This document shows, piece after piece, positions 36,359-50,099 of a stretch of 64,000 bases of DNA. The DNA comes from Squalus acanthias. Its lineage: Eukaryota. The translations under genes were made by a program, and so were the position numbers. The notes below the pieces were generated by a model, which had not been told where the DNA came from, did no database searches, and saw only the letters and a program-made list of their open reading frames with translations. Position 1 is the first letter of the stretch. Each line of letters starts with the position of its first letter. The stretch is from NCBI GenBank assembly GCA_030390025.1, contig CM059432.1:22260001-22324000 (forward strand). The letters are read 5' to 3'.

Positions 36359-37949
36359 GTGATCACTGCACAGTGTATTCGCCAAATATACAACCCTGGG
36401 ATGTGCTGGGAAAGACGACAGCTGAAGCCGAAAGGATCAAGTCAGAGAGCGCAAAGTACAGCAACTGAGACGAAGGGAATGGGTAGAGATGACCAACTTG
36501 CAGCAGCTGAGACACAAAATAGCAGGCCAGGTGGGGTGAAAGTGCAGTAGCCAATGTGGTGGTGAAAACAGGCAGGGGAAGGTGAAGGTGGATGGCTGAG
36601 GCCATGGGTGGTGGTGAGGCCAATTGGAGGGAAGGCAAAAGCATGCAGATGGCTGCTTCAGGAGTGGAAGGGGATAGGTCCAGATTCATGAAGTAGGTGG
36701 TACTGTGGCACATACCTTACAGCACCACCTAGCGTTGGCAGGACTGGAAAGTAAGTATAATGATAAGTTGACTTATATATGTAAAACTTGTAATATATTG
36801 CAGATAGAGAGCTATAATTCACATAGTTTATATGAGGTTAGTCTATCGATATTCAGGTATAGTTCTGAGCAAAGTGTACAATTATAATGTATCATTTCCC
36901 TTTACTTACATTATAAAAAATTGCTGCTCAAAAATACTCTGTGCAAGTTAGACGTGCATTCATCAAGATTCAACTGCACTGACTAAGCTACATTATTAAA
37001 CTAATAAGAAATGTATCCATATGGATTATGATTCTTGAGCATTTTACTACAACAGTAATATTTTCCCAAGGGCTCGGCTTCTTTGTATTTCATTATACTT
37101 CTAGATTAGCAAAAACCCCTTTCTGTTCTGAAAATCTGTGGCTGCTTGTCACAATCAAAACCCTGCGGACAGCAGTTCCAATTTTGCACTGAATTCAATA
37201 TTCGACATCTGGACTCCCAGTGCTCCCCGCTGGACCCTGGGGCACCAGAAAGTTTAACGAGTGACAGTTTTGCTCCAGGGCTGAGACAGTAACATCTGGG
37301 TTGTGCATTTTTTTTTTATTATTCTGATTTTTGTTGCAGTCTTGGCAGTTAAGCATTTAAGAAATAATAAGGCCTCACAAGATTTCAATTATATCTGCTT
37401 CTCATTTAACTCTTTGAGTACAATGGCTCCAGGTCAATGTGCAATGCTGACCCAGGATGTCAAGTCTTTCATTTCAAAGTACCTTATTGGCATGATCAAG
37501 TCACAGACAGGGCCATGAACAGATTTTCTAACTACTTCCAATAGAAAATGCATTTACAGGAGCTGAACCTCCCATTCTCCCTGCGGACTAGTGTCATTGA
37601 ACACTGTCATTGTGGGAGAGGACTACAAGGACACAGGCTGACACCCCAAGCACCACTCATCCTGAGGGAAAGCAATCCCTGCAAATATATTATAAATCAT
37701 CATTTGGAAAGAAGGAAAGAACTCAAGCAGCATTTATACAGTTCGGGTTTTTGCTGTGATGTTAGGTTAAAGTTCAAAGCACAAGACAGGACATTTAACT
37801 TCATCTTTACGGATCAGCTTTTTGTACAGAATCACTGGAAATGATTACAAGGTGAGAAACCTTGAGTTAAATTCAACGTGAACAGTGACTGCTTCACATT
37901 TTGTATTGAATGAGCTACCGTTGAATGTAATGAATACTGACTCAGTAAA

Positions 37950-38385
37950 GAAAGAAAGACTTGACTTGAATTTATATGGCACCATATCACATCTTTCAGA
38001 AACATCTCAAACCCCTTTACATATAATGAATTACATTGAAATGAAGTCACTTATGTTTTATGGGCACTATTAACAGCATTTTGCACACAGAGATCCCCAA
38101 AACAGCAATGGGATGCTACTTAATTTATTTTTTTAGTAGTTTTGGTTGAGAGAGGAAAGTTGGACTGGAAATCAGAAGAACATCTTGCTCTTTGCAATAC
38201 ACAATGGGATCTTTAATGACACCGTGAGCTATTAGCACAACCAAAATAGACCAAGGTTTCATTTGAAGGTTGGCACCACAAACAATTCAGGACTCCCTCA
38301 GTACTGCACTGGAGTACCAGCCTAGACCATGTGCTCAAGTCCTGGTGTGGGGATTGAAAGCACAATCTTCTGCCTCAAAGGCAAA
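37950..38385 (-). mobile_element. Deu-domain SINE, diverged
   Basis: actccctcagtactgcactggag..cagcctaga..tgtgctcaagtc matches the reverse complement of 62766-63233. Confidence 0.7.
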
Positions 38386-39663
38386 AGAACCAAATGAAGA
38401 ATAAAAATAATGAGAATAAAAATAATAAAGAATTCAAATGTCCAGGTTTCTATTCAACAGGCACTAGAACAGTTTTGGGATTTTTATTGTGACAGCTCAT
38501 TCGTCCTCAAGACTTTAAAGCTGTAGAACTCATTACCCCTCACCTCTATCTTTACTTTCTACACTGATTTTCAGTTTCAAACTCAATCTTGGCAATTCCT
38601 AATCACTATTTTGTAATTTATTGTGCCTTCTGTTTTTACTTGTTCCAAACTTCACCTTAGTTTTTCAAAAAATCCTTCACCGGCTGAGCAGCATACTCTC
38701 CCTTCTGCTTGACGTTTACTTTTGGACACCTGAAAGTATTTTAGACTTAAGGTATGCTGAATTTTGCCAGTTTGGGTCTAATTTCTATTCTTAATGTGGA
38801 AGTTCAATTAAATTTCACATTCAAAAAATCAGAACACAGTACCTACATCACAGGGTTCCCCGACACAGCTGAAGATAATAAAATTGCTAATTTCTGCTGT
38901 TTTCTCTTCTGCCAAACCAGCACCTGCAAAATTAAAATGACATCAATGTTGTTTTTTGGATCTTGCTGTTCACAAAATGGCCACCGCATCTACCCACTTA
39001 GTAGTCGTCACTGCCCTTCAAATAATTCATTGGACTTGAAATGCTTTGTGGTATTTTTAAAAGATGTGATAAGGTGCTATGTAAATCTTTGTTCTCCTTT
39101 TGTCGTTTTTTTTGTTATTTTAACTTCAACTTTACTTTTTTTTCTAACAAATATAATCTGTTCTAACTTTTTTTCTGTTTTGTTAAGTTAAAAAACTCTT
39201 TTATCAAACTCTTATCTTCTGCTTTGTTGCTCACTGCATGCCCTTTCAAGTGGGGAACAATTTTGAAAAATTGCCTTTGGATTGGCTAAAAACGGACTAA
39301 AAGCCCATCGAATGGGAATGATCTCAAGGTTGACACGGTTACATCACAGACACAAGCAGATCAATCTGTAGTTTTCTGTACCTAAACCGGAAGGAAATCC
39401 CAGCTGAGTTAGCAGGCTCCACAAGTAATATGTGGCCAAACTAGTATATTCATCAATGTTGCACTAATGGTTAAAAAATGGAAGTAGAATTAAAATTGGT
39501 GCAATTAATCTTGATAGTCATAGTGATGTGTGGTATGATACAAAATTTTATTTGAAGGCACAATGCAGTATTATATACCTTCAAATTACTACGTAATTCT
39601 GCAATGATATATCCATCAGCCATAATCTCATACTGCAGATGATTTTGATATGCCACAATGTGA

Positions 39664-40160
39664 ATAAGAACATAAGACGTAGGAGCAGGAGTAGGTCATT
39701 TGGCCCCTCGAGCCTGCTCTGCCATTCAATAAGATCATGGCTGATCTGATCTTGGCCTCAACTCCACTTCCCTGCCCACTCCCCATAACCCTTGACTCCC
39801 TTATCGTTCAAAAATCTGTCTCTCTCCACCTTAAATATATTCAATGACCCAGCCTCCACAGTTCTCTGGGGAAGAGAATGCCAAAGATTCACGACCCTCT
39901 GAGAGAAGAAATTCCTCCTCATTTCCGATTTAAAACGGTGCCCCCTTATTCTGAAATTATTCCCCCTCGAGGGGAAACATCCTCTCTGCATCTACCCCGT
40001 CAAGCCCCTTCAGAATCTTATGTTTCAATAAGATCCCCTCTCATTCTTCTAAACTCCAATGAGTATAGGCCCAACCTGCTCAACCTTTCTTCATAAGATA
40101 ACCCCTTCATCTCCGGAAACAACCTCGAGAACCTTCTCTGAACTGCCTCCAATGCAAGTA
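39664..40160 (-). mobile_element. CR1 LINE 3' fragment
   Basis: RIRGHRFKSEMRRNFFSQRVVNLW; tail ataagaacataaga. Confidence 0.88.
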
Positions 40161-40449
40161 TATGAAGTGATAGTCACAGGTCAAGAAGTAATTAAAGGGA
40201 CATTGCTGTCAAAAAAAAAGTCACAACGATACAAATGCCATTTAGGAAATATAGACCATTGCAGACAAAGGGATAGATTTTTACTGAAGAGTGATTGAGC
40301 ATTAAGCATCAGATGGGAGGAGATGTAGGGGAAAATCAGGTGTGGAGGATTGCATGCCTAAAATGCAGACTGTTTAATTTTCAATCCATTTAAATTGATG
40401 GATACAAAAGCAGGTATGTTGCATTACAGGTGTGCAAACCGAGTTTGAT

Positions 40450-40748
40450 CCAGAATGCACTGCCTGAAGAGTTGGTCAAATGTGAGAAGTCGCACAACTG
40501 TTGGACTATAACCTGGTGTTGTGCGACTTCACACATTTGTCCACCCCAGTCCAACATCTCCACATCATGAAGAGTTGGTGGAAGCAGAGTCAACAGTAAC
40601 TTTCAATAGAGAATTGGATATATACTTGAAAAGGAAAAAAATTGCAGGGCTATGGGGAAAGAGCAGGGAAGTCAGACTCTCTTTCAAAGAGCCAGTACAG
40701 GTGCGATGGGCTGAATGGCCTCCTTCTGTGCTGTATCAGTCTATGATA
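40450..40748 (+). mobile_element. CR1 3' fragment interrupted by a 91-bp hairpin insert (40477-40567)
   Basis: gaatgcactgcctgaagagttggt|ggaagcagag..gggctgaatggcctccttctgtgctg; 12-bp duplication TGAAGAGTTGGT around the insert. Confidence 0.75.
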
Positions 40749-41996
40749 CCTGTCTGCTCAATTTTTCTATATATGGTCCACCCATGTGATGCTTATGACC
40801 ATGTACTAAAAATAAAATCTGCCCCAAGAGTGCGAATGACAGACAGGAAAGGCAGTCTTTATTGATTCCTGCAAAAAAAAATTATTGAGATGCCTAAAAG
40901 GTGGGCATAGGCACATCAATTAGGGCACTGCAAAGATTAGAAATTGTGAGAGATGATATAAGTTAAGAAGTCGTGGTTAGTTAAAGCTAACTTGGAATTA
41001 CAAGCATGTTGCTTGCAAGAGGAAGTGTAGACTGAGTCAGATAAGAAATTTGGAAATTATGGGATGGCATCCCTGCCAAGCCATCATCAAGAGGATCTTA
41101 ACGTCTTGTTTAATTGAAAGAAATATATATAATTAAGCCGATTTTAGTTCTCAACACATATTAAACATGATTTTCATATGAGATGTTGTACAGAAATCAA
41201 GCATCGTTGCTTGTGGAGGATGAATTTTTTTTGAAGCTACCACTAAATTTTTGCTGCACCACACAGCATGGCACGGCTGTCATTTAGTGTCACTGCAAAT
41301 ATCACACAGTTCTGTTCACAGACACAGCCACCATCTGCCAATCATCAGAGCCAGGAAAGGGCTGCCTTCTCTGCAAAACCCATGACCTTGGCTTTCAGTC
41401 AGAGGAGAACACAACTCCAGCTCATCAAACAGATGCTCAATAGGTAAATTAACTACTTAGGAGGAAGGCATCTGCAGAGAAGGTAGAGGCTTGCCGCTGA
41501 GTAATTGAATAACCTCCCACCACAGGCATACGGTACGACAAAAAGTTTCTTGTTGCTGTCATGCAGTGAAAGTAAGGAAATAACTTATTAACTCCCATGT
41601 ATCTGGCAATTGAAAGCAAATTACATTGTACCCCTCTGGTACAGTCTCCTGATACAGTCAGATAGAAGCCAATCGTGCTGCAAAAATAAAGACCGTGGCT
41701 TTTGTTGCTCCCGGCACATGCATTATACCTGAAAACATAATTCAAACAGCTAAACAGACCTGAAAAAGCAATTATTGTTTTTCCACAGGCTGTAAATAGA
41801 CCACATTGTGGAATTATTATACAATTTCAGCGGGCCTCGTTTCTGATTAGAGTTAAACAAGAGTCTATGGAGCCGGTCCGATGGCTCAGTTGTTAAAGGC
41901 AGTGCCCAATGTGGAAGTGAACCAGGATGAACCCTGGATCTACCTCTGGACTGTGATGAGTTTGCTGTTCTCAACCAGAGTGGTGGTAGGGAAAAT

Positions 41997-42430
41997 GGCT
42001 CAAATTTTCCTGACAAAATAGCAGTGAGGCTAATGGCGCTCGCCGTTATTTGTGCGCAAATGGTACAGCAATTTCAGGCGAGGGGCAGATGCACGGTTAA
42101 ACTCAAAAATCTAAAAGTTGCTAAATGAGTTGTGCCACTCCACCATTAGCTTCACGAAAACAGCATGTCACTGGTTGGCTCACCATTGAAATGCATTGAA
42201 TGGTGTGAAGTTGTTGCTTTTGTGCGGTAAATATGAACTAAACTCGTCACAGAAAGTCAATTCTTGTCCATTCCAGTCTAAGTACCCTTTAAACTATTTG
42301 GTTAGTCTTAATTACTGCCAAACAACTCCCTCCGTCCGCGCCCCCCCGACCCCCCCCCCCCACCCTCCGGCATGGGAAATTAACTATTACAGGTGTGGAG
42401 TCTCATTCCTTCAGGTTTTAATTGTGATGG
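41997..42430. mobile_element. Probable truncated Harbinger-type MITE
   Basis: Starts GGCTCAAATTTTCC with GC-rich subterminal motifs; no partner TIR found. Confidence 0.4.
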
Positions 42431-43928
42431 TAAATATGGGTATGGAGCTGGTAAGAGGAAGTGTATACTGAGTTAAATAAGAATATTGGAAGTTATGAGG
42501 TGGTGTCTCTGCCAAACCAGCAGGAAGATGGCACCCAGCACCAATGGAATTATAGCCCAACATGAATCAGTGCCTTCAAGGGAGGTAGAGAGAGAAATTG
42601 GAGGGGAATTTGCCTGATGACTCCCATTACATCCAACAGATGATGTATAATTTGCACTGCCTATCCTGTAAATCTATTAAATTCCCTCGGTAAGACTTCA
42701 AAGAAGAGAAATTTCTTACTGGCTCCAAAAGGCAATCAGGCAAAATGTCCCAGACAACAATTTAACATTAATTAACCCACCTCGGCTGTGTGAAACTAAT
42801 GCATTTGCTGAAGGCACAGAACCATACATTGGTAACACAGGAAGAGGTGCTAGCTGCTCCAGCTGGGTTTGCTGTAAAGCAATTTCAGTGCAAAAAACTT
42901 CCAAAGCTTACAACCTTAATGAAAAATTACCTGCCAAACCTTTCTTCCTTTGTTTAAAAATGTAACACAATGGTTTATTTCAGCATGGCTTTGTCACTTG
43001 TAAGAACTATTTGAAATACTTGCTTATATATTGTGTCTTTTCATATCATTGAAATGTTTGAAAGTGCTTCATATAATAAATCACTCTTTGGAGTACAGTG
43101 GCTGTTATGTAGGCACACTTGTGAGTGATGTAACAAAATGTTGCATCAAATCTTCCGTTATTCTTCTCCCAAAAAATCTTGCCAAACATTTTTAATGAAG
43201 ATATTACCCCTTTATAACAATGTATTGGAATAATCTGTCCAATATTTATGACTAATACTATAATGGTATCATTGTTTATTGTCTGTTCGTAAACATCATA
43301 ATCCATGCTGTGGACCAGTTTGCTTTGATGACCCTTTCCTTTCAAAAGGTAAGAAATTACAGGAATGCGAAAAGTTTAGAAAGCCTATCAAAGATCATCG
43401 CTTTTGTACATTAACTCTCCCATTACAATATCTATTTATAATTATTCTAGCATTTATTAACATTTTTACCAGGGCCACAATCCCGACCAATGCCTTGCTC
43501 AAAGGCTACTCTTAAAAATGTTGCGACATGCTACACCACAGAATGAAGGGACGTAACTCTGTGACTGCTTTCCCACAGAGTGACTCATAGGCAGTTAAAA
43601 GAAAAAAAAGAACTTGCATTTATATAGCATCTTTCATGACCTCAGGACATCCCAAAGCACTTTGCAGTTAATCCACTACTTTTGGACTGTAGTTACTATT
43701 GGAATGTAGGTAAATACAGCAGCCAATTTACACACAGAAATTTCCTGCAAACAGCATTGAGATAAATGACCATCTCATCTATTTTTTAGGTGTTGGTTGA
43801 GGGCTTAATATTGGCCAGGATACCAGGAAAGCTCCCCTGCTCTTCTTGGAATAGTACCATGGGACTCTTTACATCCACCGAAGAAAGCAGATAGGGCCTC
43901 AATTTAACATCTCATCTGAAAGATAATT

Positions 43929-46142
43929 GGCCTAGAAATTCGTGTTCGCCACGAAAGTTGCCGGTGTCACTGGCAACTGGAGTTAACGACTGCTGCAAAT
44001 GGCCACCACGCTAAGGAGAATAAATTCACCTGGGGGGCTGGGATTGGTGGTGCAGCACTAACCTTCCATGCAACGCCCTCCTGGTGGTGTTAATGGAGAG
44101 CTCGGAAGCGAAGTTCCCGTCCTGAAGTGGCGTTCGAGCTTCGCACAGCCTCTGGGAGCGAGGCCGTGGAGCTCGCAAGGAATTATGGGCAATTAAAAGG
44201 GCTGTCAATTAAAGGGGCAATGCACTCAGAACTAATACAAGTTCAAATGCAGTGAAAAAATCCAGTTTTCAGCCCTTACTGCCTTTCAAAAAAAAAAATT
44301 AACATTTAAAAGAAGTCACAAATGTGATTATTCAGCTCTTAAAGCTGGCTTCCCTTTCGAACCTCAAAAAATGGGAAAACTGCTTCAGCACTAACAAAAA
44401 TGGCTCAGCAAGCCATATTTCACACACAGCACTCCAGCTTAGTGCAGGGGGTCAACACTGCAAGACAGGTCCTCTACCCACAGGGGCCACAAGGCCCTCC
44501 AGAAAGAAGGATGTGGGACCACATCAACGAGGCCGTCACTGCCAGCAGTGTCGCCTCCACCAGTGCCCAAAGAAGCTTCATGACCTCAGACCACTGGTCA
44601 AGGTCAGTGAATGCATCTTCAAAAGACGTCTCCTACCAACTGCACCATCAGCCTCACACACTGCTCAATACAGGTCCCCCACCCCCAATCACTCACCTAC
44701 CAACAATCTGCACCAATCACGAGGCAAATTTCCCATTCCTAGCCTCAGCTCACCCTCTTGGAGGAGATGGTGCAGGCCATTCTTGGCAGGGGCATGACTG
44801 AGCCCTTGGCCAGCGGCGGGAAAGGATATAAAATGCTGGTGTCCTCATACGTTATCCTCCTCTGGCATGCACCTCTAAGCTTCCTGCCCCCCCTCACCAC
44901 AACTCCACACTTAAGTCTTCCTCATTTCACACACCCAAGAAATGCAGCCTGCCCTGTCAGTGGTTGACCCAGAAGAGGGAGAGGAGAGTGAAGCAGAAGA
45001 AGAAGAAGAAGAAGAAGAAGAAGAAGAAGAAGAAGAAGAAGAAACACCGTCACTCGATTTGACACTCCCAGCCACCAGCTCCTCAAGGTCGACCAGTAAA
45101 CCCATTTGCAGTGTCCCCCACTGAAAGTCAGCAGCCTTCCACCAGCCATGCTGCAGCCACTGGGGTAGCACTGCGTGACATCAGTTGGATAGGCAAAGGC
45201 ACACACAGGACACTCACTAAGAGAATGCATAAGGGTGATGAATTGATTTCTTGATGTCATATCGGATGGATAGATGCATAAAGTTGGATTGGAACGTTTG
45301 CTTTGTGGTGGCTTTTATTTCAGCATCGTGGCCAAGAGGACGATGTGATGGTCAGTAAGAGAGGGAAGGTAAGATGTGGGACAAATGTGGAAAGGGGAAT
45401 TGGGGTTGTGGTCACTGGTACAGCAGGTGGATGATTCCATCCCAGATATCCCGGTCAGAAAGGCGCTGTCTGGGTTGCATCCTTCCTTCTGCTTCCTCCT
45501 CTTCGGATTCTTTCTCTTCAGTGTCTTTCTCTTCCCTCTGTGAGTGAATGCTGTAAATCTGAAATGACAGCATAAAATGCTGGAAATACTCAGCTGGTCA
45601 GGCAGCATCTCGACCTGAGACGTGAACTCTGTTTCTCTCTCCACGGATGTTGCCTGACCTGCTGAGTATTTGCAGCATTTTCTGTCGTCTCAGAGGCCTT
45701 CCTTTACCATCCAAGGTCTTGCAAGCATCCAGCAGCACTCCCTATACACTTAAAAAACTTTTAACATCTATTGCAGCAAGCCACTACTTCAATAAAATTA
45801 AAAAAAAACCCAGTCCAAAAGCTTAAATCCAAACTTACCTGACAGATATGTGTGCCCCTTTAAGAGGTGCTGACATCGCCACTGTCAGCCAGCTTGCACA
45901 CCAGGATTACCTGGCGTGCTTAGGACCCAGCGGGTTGAAGTTTGGAGTGGTGACATTAAGTCAGCGTTGCACGCCGATTGACATCAACATGCCGCCATTT
46001 TGTTCCCCAGGCACAGCCAGTTACCGGCAGCACAAAGAGAAAGAGGAAATGACGGCCGCTGCGGGACCCGCCACCAGCTGACGAAAGAGTGGCGGTCTCC
46101 ATGGCGCTTCGGAGCGGCAGTAAGTACATGAATTTCTCGCCC
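43929..46142. mobile_element. Non-autonomous Harbinger derivative with a decayed Myb/SANT gene (+), a (GAA)n tract and a captured palindromic insert
   Basis: TIRs GGCCTAGAAATTC / GAATTTCTCGCCC; ARQVLYPQG..MWDHINEAVTASS..QCPKKLHDL; colinear with 59768-61994. Confidence 0.85.
44996..45043. repeat. (GAA)n microsatellite
   Basis: About 16 GAA units; the sister copy has about 6 at 60871-60888. Confidence 0.95.
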
Positions 46143-46514
46143 AACACCTCTAACAGTGCAGTACTCCTGAAGTACTGCACTGAAGTGCCAGCCGAGATTA
46201 TTTGTGTTCAAGACTATGGAATGAGACTTAAAGTTGGCAGCAATTGTCAAATCTGTCAGCTAATATCTGATATTATACAACATCAGCTTAACGCCTGCTC
46301 ACAAGTCATCTTTGGAGTGGAGCTTGAACTGATGACCTTCTGACTCAGAGGCAAGAGTCCTACCACTCAGCCAAGGCTGACAACAAAAGGATGTCAAGTA
46401 AAGGCCAGGCATTTCAACACATTAAGAGCTAAAAGCAAGTGATGTGCATTAAATACAAAATCCACCAACAAATTGTTCTATCCATGAAGAACATCAGTAT
46501 TGGTAAATAGAGCA

Positions 46515-46775
46515 CTTATTTTTTTTTTAATTCTTTGCCATCATCCCATAGAGAGTTTTAGTTTTCCACTACCCCTTGTGTGAAAAAATGCTTCCTGATT
46601 TCACTCCTAAGTGGTCTAGCTCTAATTTTAAGATTATGCCCCCTTGTTCTAGATTCCCCATCTTATGTAATAGTTTCTCTGTACTTACCCTATAGAATCC
46701 CTTTATCATTTTAAATGCCTCAATTAGATCACACCCTCAACCATCTAAACTCAAGGGAATACAAACCAAATTTGT
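46515..46775 (-). mobile_element. Old CR1 3' fragment
   Basis: tgtgaaaaaatgcttcctgatttcactcc..ttatgcccccttgttctag resembles the other CR1 3' ends. Confidence 0.6.
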
Positions 46776-48135
46776 GAAAACATTAGCAAATAGCGCATAA
46801 TACAATCCTGCCATGGCATGATGGGCCACGGGTTTGATGTTCCCAACCTTAGCCACCCTGCTGTATGGAGATGCCATGTAGGATAGGATCCTCCTCGTTT
46901 GGGGTAAAAAAAAATCAGATGAAGTATCTTCCCCAGGCTGGGTTTCTGTCTAAGCCCAGGGAAACTAGGTGGTTGGTGAGAAAACGTTATATCCTCAAAC
47001 AACCACAAGAATGTGTGGGTACAGCATGATACATTAATATTGCACATTGGACACCTGGGTTCAAATCCAGCCCAGATTGGTGGGATGAAAATTTCCTCTG
47101 TTTACTGGCTGTAGGGTTTTGTGTAAGAGTTTGGGTCATCTCCTGTCTTTAAATCTTCTAAAGGCTTGCGAGTGATGGATACGTGGTGGCGGTGCCCAAA
47201 ATTAAAAATTGTTTAATTTCCCATTTCCTGCCTCAATGCACATAAAATACACAAAGAAGTTAAGCAAACAGTGCATATGTGTTTCTCCGAGACTTGCTAT
47301 CTGTTCCTTCCTATCTTAAATTTTAAAATTTAAGTAATATACATAAAAAAAGGCACAGATAAATATTTTTTCTTGGCCTTTTACAAAGCAAAACTTAATC
47401 TGAAGTACAACTGTGTTGTTGATTTAACAAATTGCTTTAATGTGGAGTTTCTCTGAAGCTTTCAAAATGAACAACTTTTATGTCATATACAATCAGAAAA
47501 AAGAACTGAAGATCACCAATGCTAGGTGAATAAAATTACAGAAAGGAGAAGGACCACAGGAGAATTTCTACTTATGTTGCATTTAAACCCAATAAAGTGC
47601 GTGTGTATTTTTGTTATTTTCATCTCTGCCTCACTAATCTATATGACACAGACACGATATACACTGTGCATCACGTGGTACTGAGCCATACAAATCAGGA
47701 AGGTCCCAGGTGTAATGCTTTCATGTAAGATAAGATAATTTCAGCAAACAGACTGTAATTGGCCTCAACGTGTCCAGGCTAAAGAGGTGAAAAACAGAGG
47801 CAAGGTTCCAACTCCTGATTGCTATCTCCTGATAGAAAAAACAAGTAATATACATGATTAGTAAGGAAAGAACCACATTAGTTTTGAGGCCCCTGAATGG
47901 TCAAGGAGCTTGTCATCATTCACTGTATAGGCTCACACATGAAGACTAGTCTGAATAAGGTATTGTAGTGATAATGGCAAGTCTTAGAAAAATATATACA
48001 TCACTAATAGGTTAATATTAGTTTTCATGATAAAATTGACGTAAGTTATATAATAAATATTCGGTGATCTGGAATGCACTGCCTGAAAGGGTGGTGGAAA
48101 CAGATTCAATCGTAACTTTCAAAAAGCAATTGGAC

Positions 48136-48865
48136 ATTCGCGCCACACAAGTGCCAGGCAATGACTATCTCCAACAAATGAGAGTCTAACCACCTCCCCA
48201 TGGCATTCAATGGCATTACCATCGTCAAATCCCCAAACATCAACATCCTGGGAATCACCATTGACCAGAAACTTAACTAGACCAGCCACATAAATACTGT
48301 GTTACAAAAGTAGGTCATAGGCTGGGTATTCTGCGGCGAGTGACTCACCTCCTGACTCCCCAAATCCTTTCCACCATCTATAAGGCACAAGTCAGGAGTG
48401 CGATGGAGTACTCTCCACTTGCCTGGATGAGTGCAGCTCCAACAACACTCAAGAGGCTCAACACCATCCAAGACAAAGCAGCCCGCTTGATTGGTACCCC
48501 ATCCACCACCTTAAACATTCAGCTACAAGATGCACTGCCACAACTCGCCAAAACTTCTTCGACAGCACCTCCCAAATCTGCGACCTCTAACACCTAGAAG
48601 GACAAGGGCAGCAGGCACATGCAAACACCAACATCACCAAGTTCCCCTCCAAGTCACACACCATTCTGACTTGGAAATATATCGGCCGTTCCTTCATCGT
48701 CGCTGGGTCAAAATCCTGTAACTCGCTCCCTAACAGCACTGTGGGAGAACCTTCACCACAAGGACTGCAGCGGTTCAAGAAGGCAGCTCACCACCACCTT
48801 CTCAAGGGCAATTGGGGGTGGGCAATAACTGCTGGCCTTGCCAGTGATGCTCACATCTCTATAAT
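48136..48865 (+). mobile_element. LINE 3' fragment (CR1/L2 group, clade uncertain) lying within a CR1 3' end (48060-49195)
   Basis: LSTIYKAQVRSAMEYSPLAWMSAAPTTLKRLNTIQDKAARLI. Confidence 0.75.
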
Positions 48866-48899
48866 GGACAAAATTATATATATATATATATCTATATAT

Positions 48900-49055
48900 A
48901 AAACAACAGAAAATGCTGGAAACACTCAGCAGGTCAGGCAGCATCGAGGAGAGAGAAACAGAGTCAACGATTTAGGTCGAAGGGTTCTGACCTGCTGAGT
49001 GTTTCCAGCATTTTCTGCTGTTATTTCAGATTTCCAGCATCCGCAGTATTTTGCT
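48900..49055. repeat. Palindromic element (Penelope-associated type, tentative); related copies at 45551-45686 and 61411-61520
   Basis: cagaaaatgctggaaacactcagcaggtcag ... ctgacctgctgagtgtttccagcattttctg is a perfect 31-bp inverted repeat. Confidence 0.65.
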
Positions 49056-50099
49056 ATTATATAGTCTTGAAAAGGAAAGATTTAAAGGGCCACAGTGAAA
49101 AAGGTGAGGGGAGAGGTGGAAGTAATTGGATAATTCTTTCAAAGAGCGGTATGATGGTCCAAATGGCCTCCTTCTGTGCTGTATGATTCTATGATAATAG
49201 GTTAGTATTGGTTTTCATACTAAAGTTAACATAAGTTATCTAATAAATTGTCTGTTCGGTAAAAGCCAGATACAATAATGAATAGACGTATAAGTCACTA
49301 GGGATACCATCGATTTTATTCATCACTAGGCAATAATCTCTATTAATCTGAGTATTTTATAACTAATTGTAATACTCATGATCCAAAGACTGTAAGCAGA
49401 AACCAAACAGAAAAGATTTTTGAGGAAAATGTATGTTGTGATGGCATATTAACATCAGAGTTGATTGCCCAGTTATAGTGCTGCTTTACAAAAAGATATA
49501 TGGCTCAATATTGTGAAGCATGGAGGTCTATTGTTGTCTCATCCATCAGAAAGACAGGGTGAGACACACAAACTTACTGAGGCCAAAAAGATAATGGCAA
49601 CTGACAAAAGAAGCCCTCAGTAGACTTCACTATTCTCATTAATGCGTTCTTCCCATGACGTCCAACTATAGAAATTGATTTAAATGGATCCATATCTGAA
49701 TTATTCATTTTATAATGGAATTGATTAATCCGAGTAATTCCCTTGAATAAATCACTGACCACAGTCAATCCTTTGGGAAATAAAACAGTTATCAGAATAC
49801 ACACATCCTTTTCATTGAGGAAAATATTTGACATTGATATTCTGTAATTGTCAGTATGCAATTAGGGTTCATGTGCTGCAGAAGGCCCAATCTATTGATA
49901 ACTGTGTTAGCTCAGCCTCGTAGAAGACACTTTCCAAAGTCAGCACACCAGCTCATCAACTGAGCTGGACCAAAAACTGAATGAATTTCAGAGTAGGGAT
50001 TTAAAAATTGTACTCGTCAGCTGCTTTTTATGAGCAGGCATTAAGGTGACATTGTACAACACCAGAAATTAGCTGACAGATCTGGCAGTTGCTGTCAAC

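Larger units (their letters stand above)
43600..46382 (-). mobile_element. Deu-domain SINE split by a Harbinger derivative
   Basis: 43600-43928 and 46143-46382 join into one SINE (tctcatctgaaaga|cacctctaacagtgcagtactcc..ttctgactcagaggc). Confidence 0.8.

Noticed and set aside
41010..42530. Two similar ~70-bp segments (~41021 and ~42457)
   Set aside because: Too short and diverged to classify; probably fragments of an old dispersed repeat.
44922..45260. Poly-Leu/Ser/Glu ORFs
   Set aside because: They are translations of a (GAA)n microsatellite within a decayed Harbinger Myb gene.
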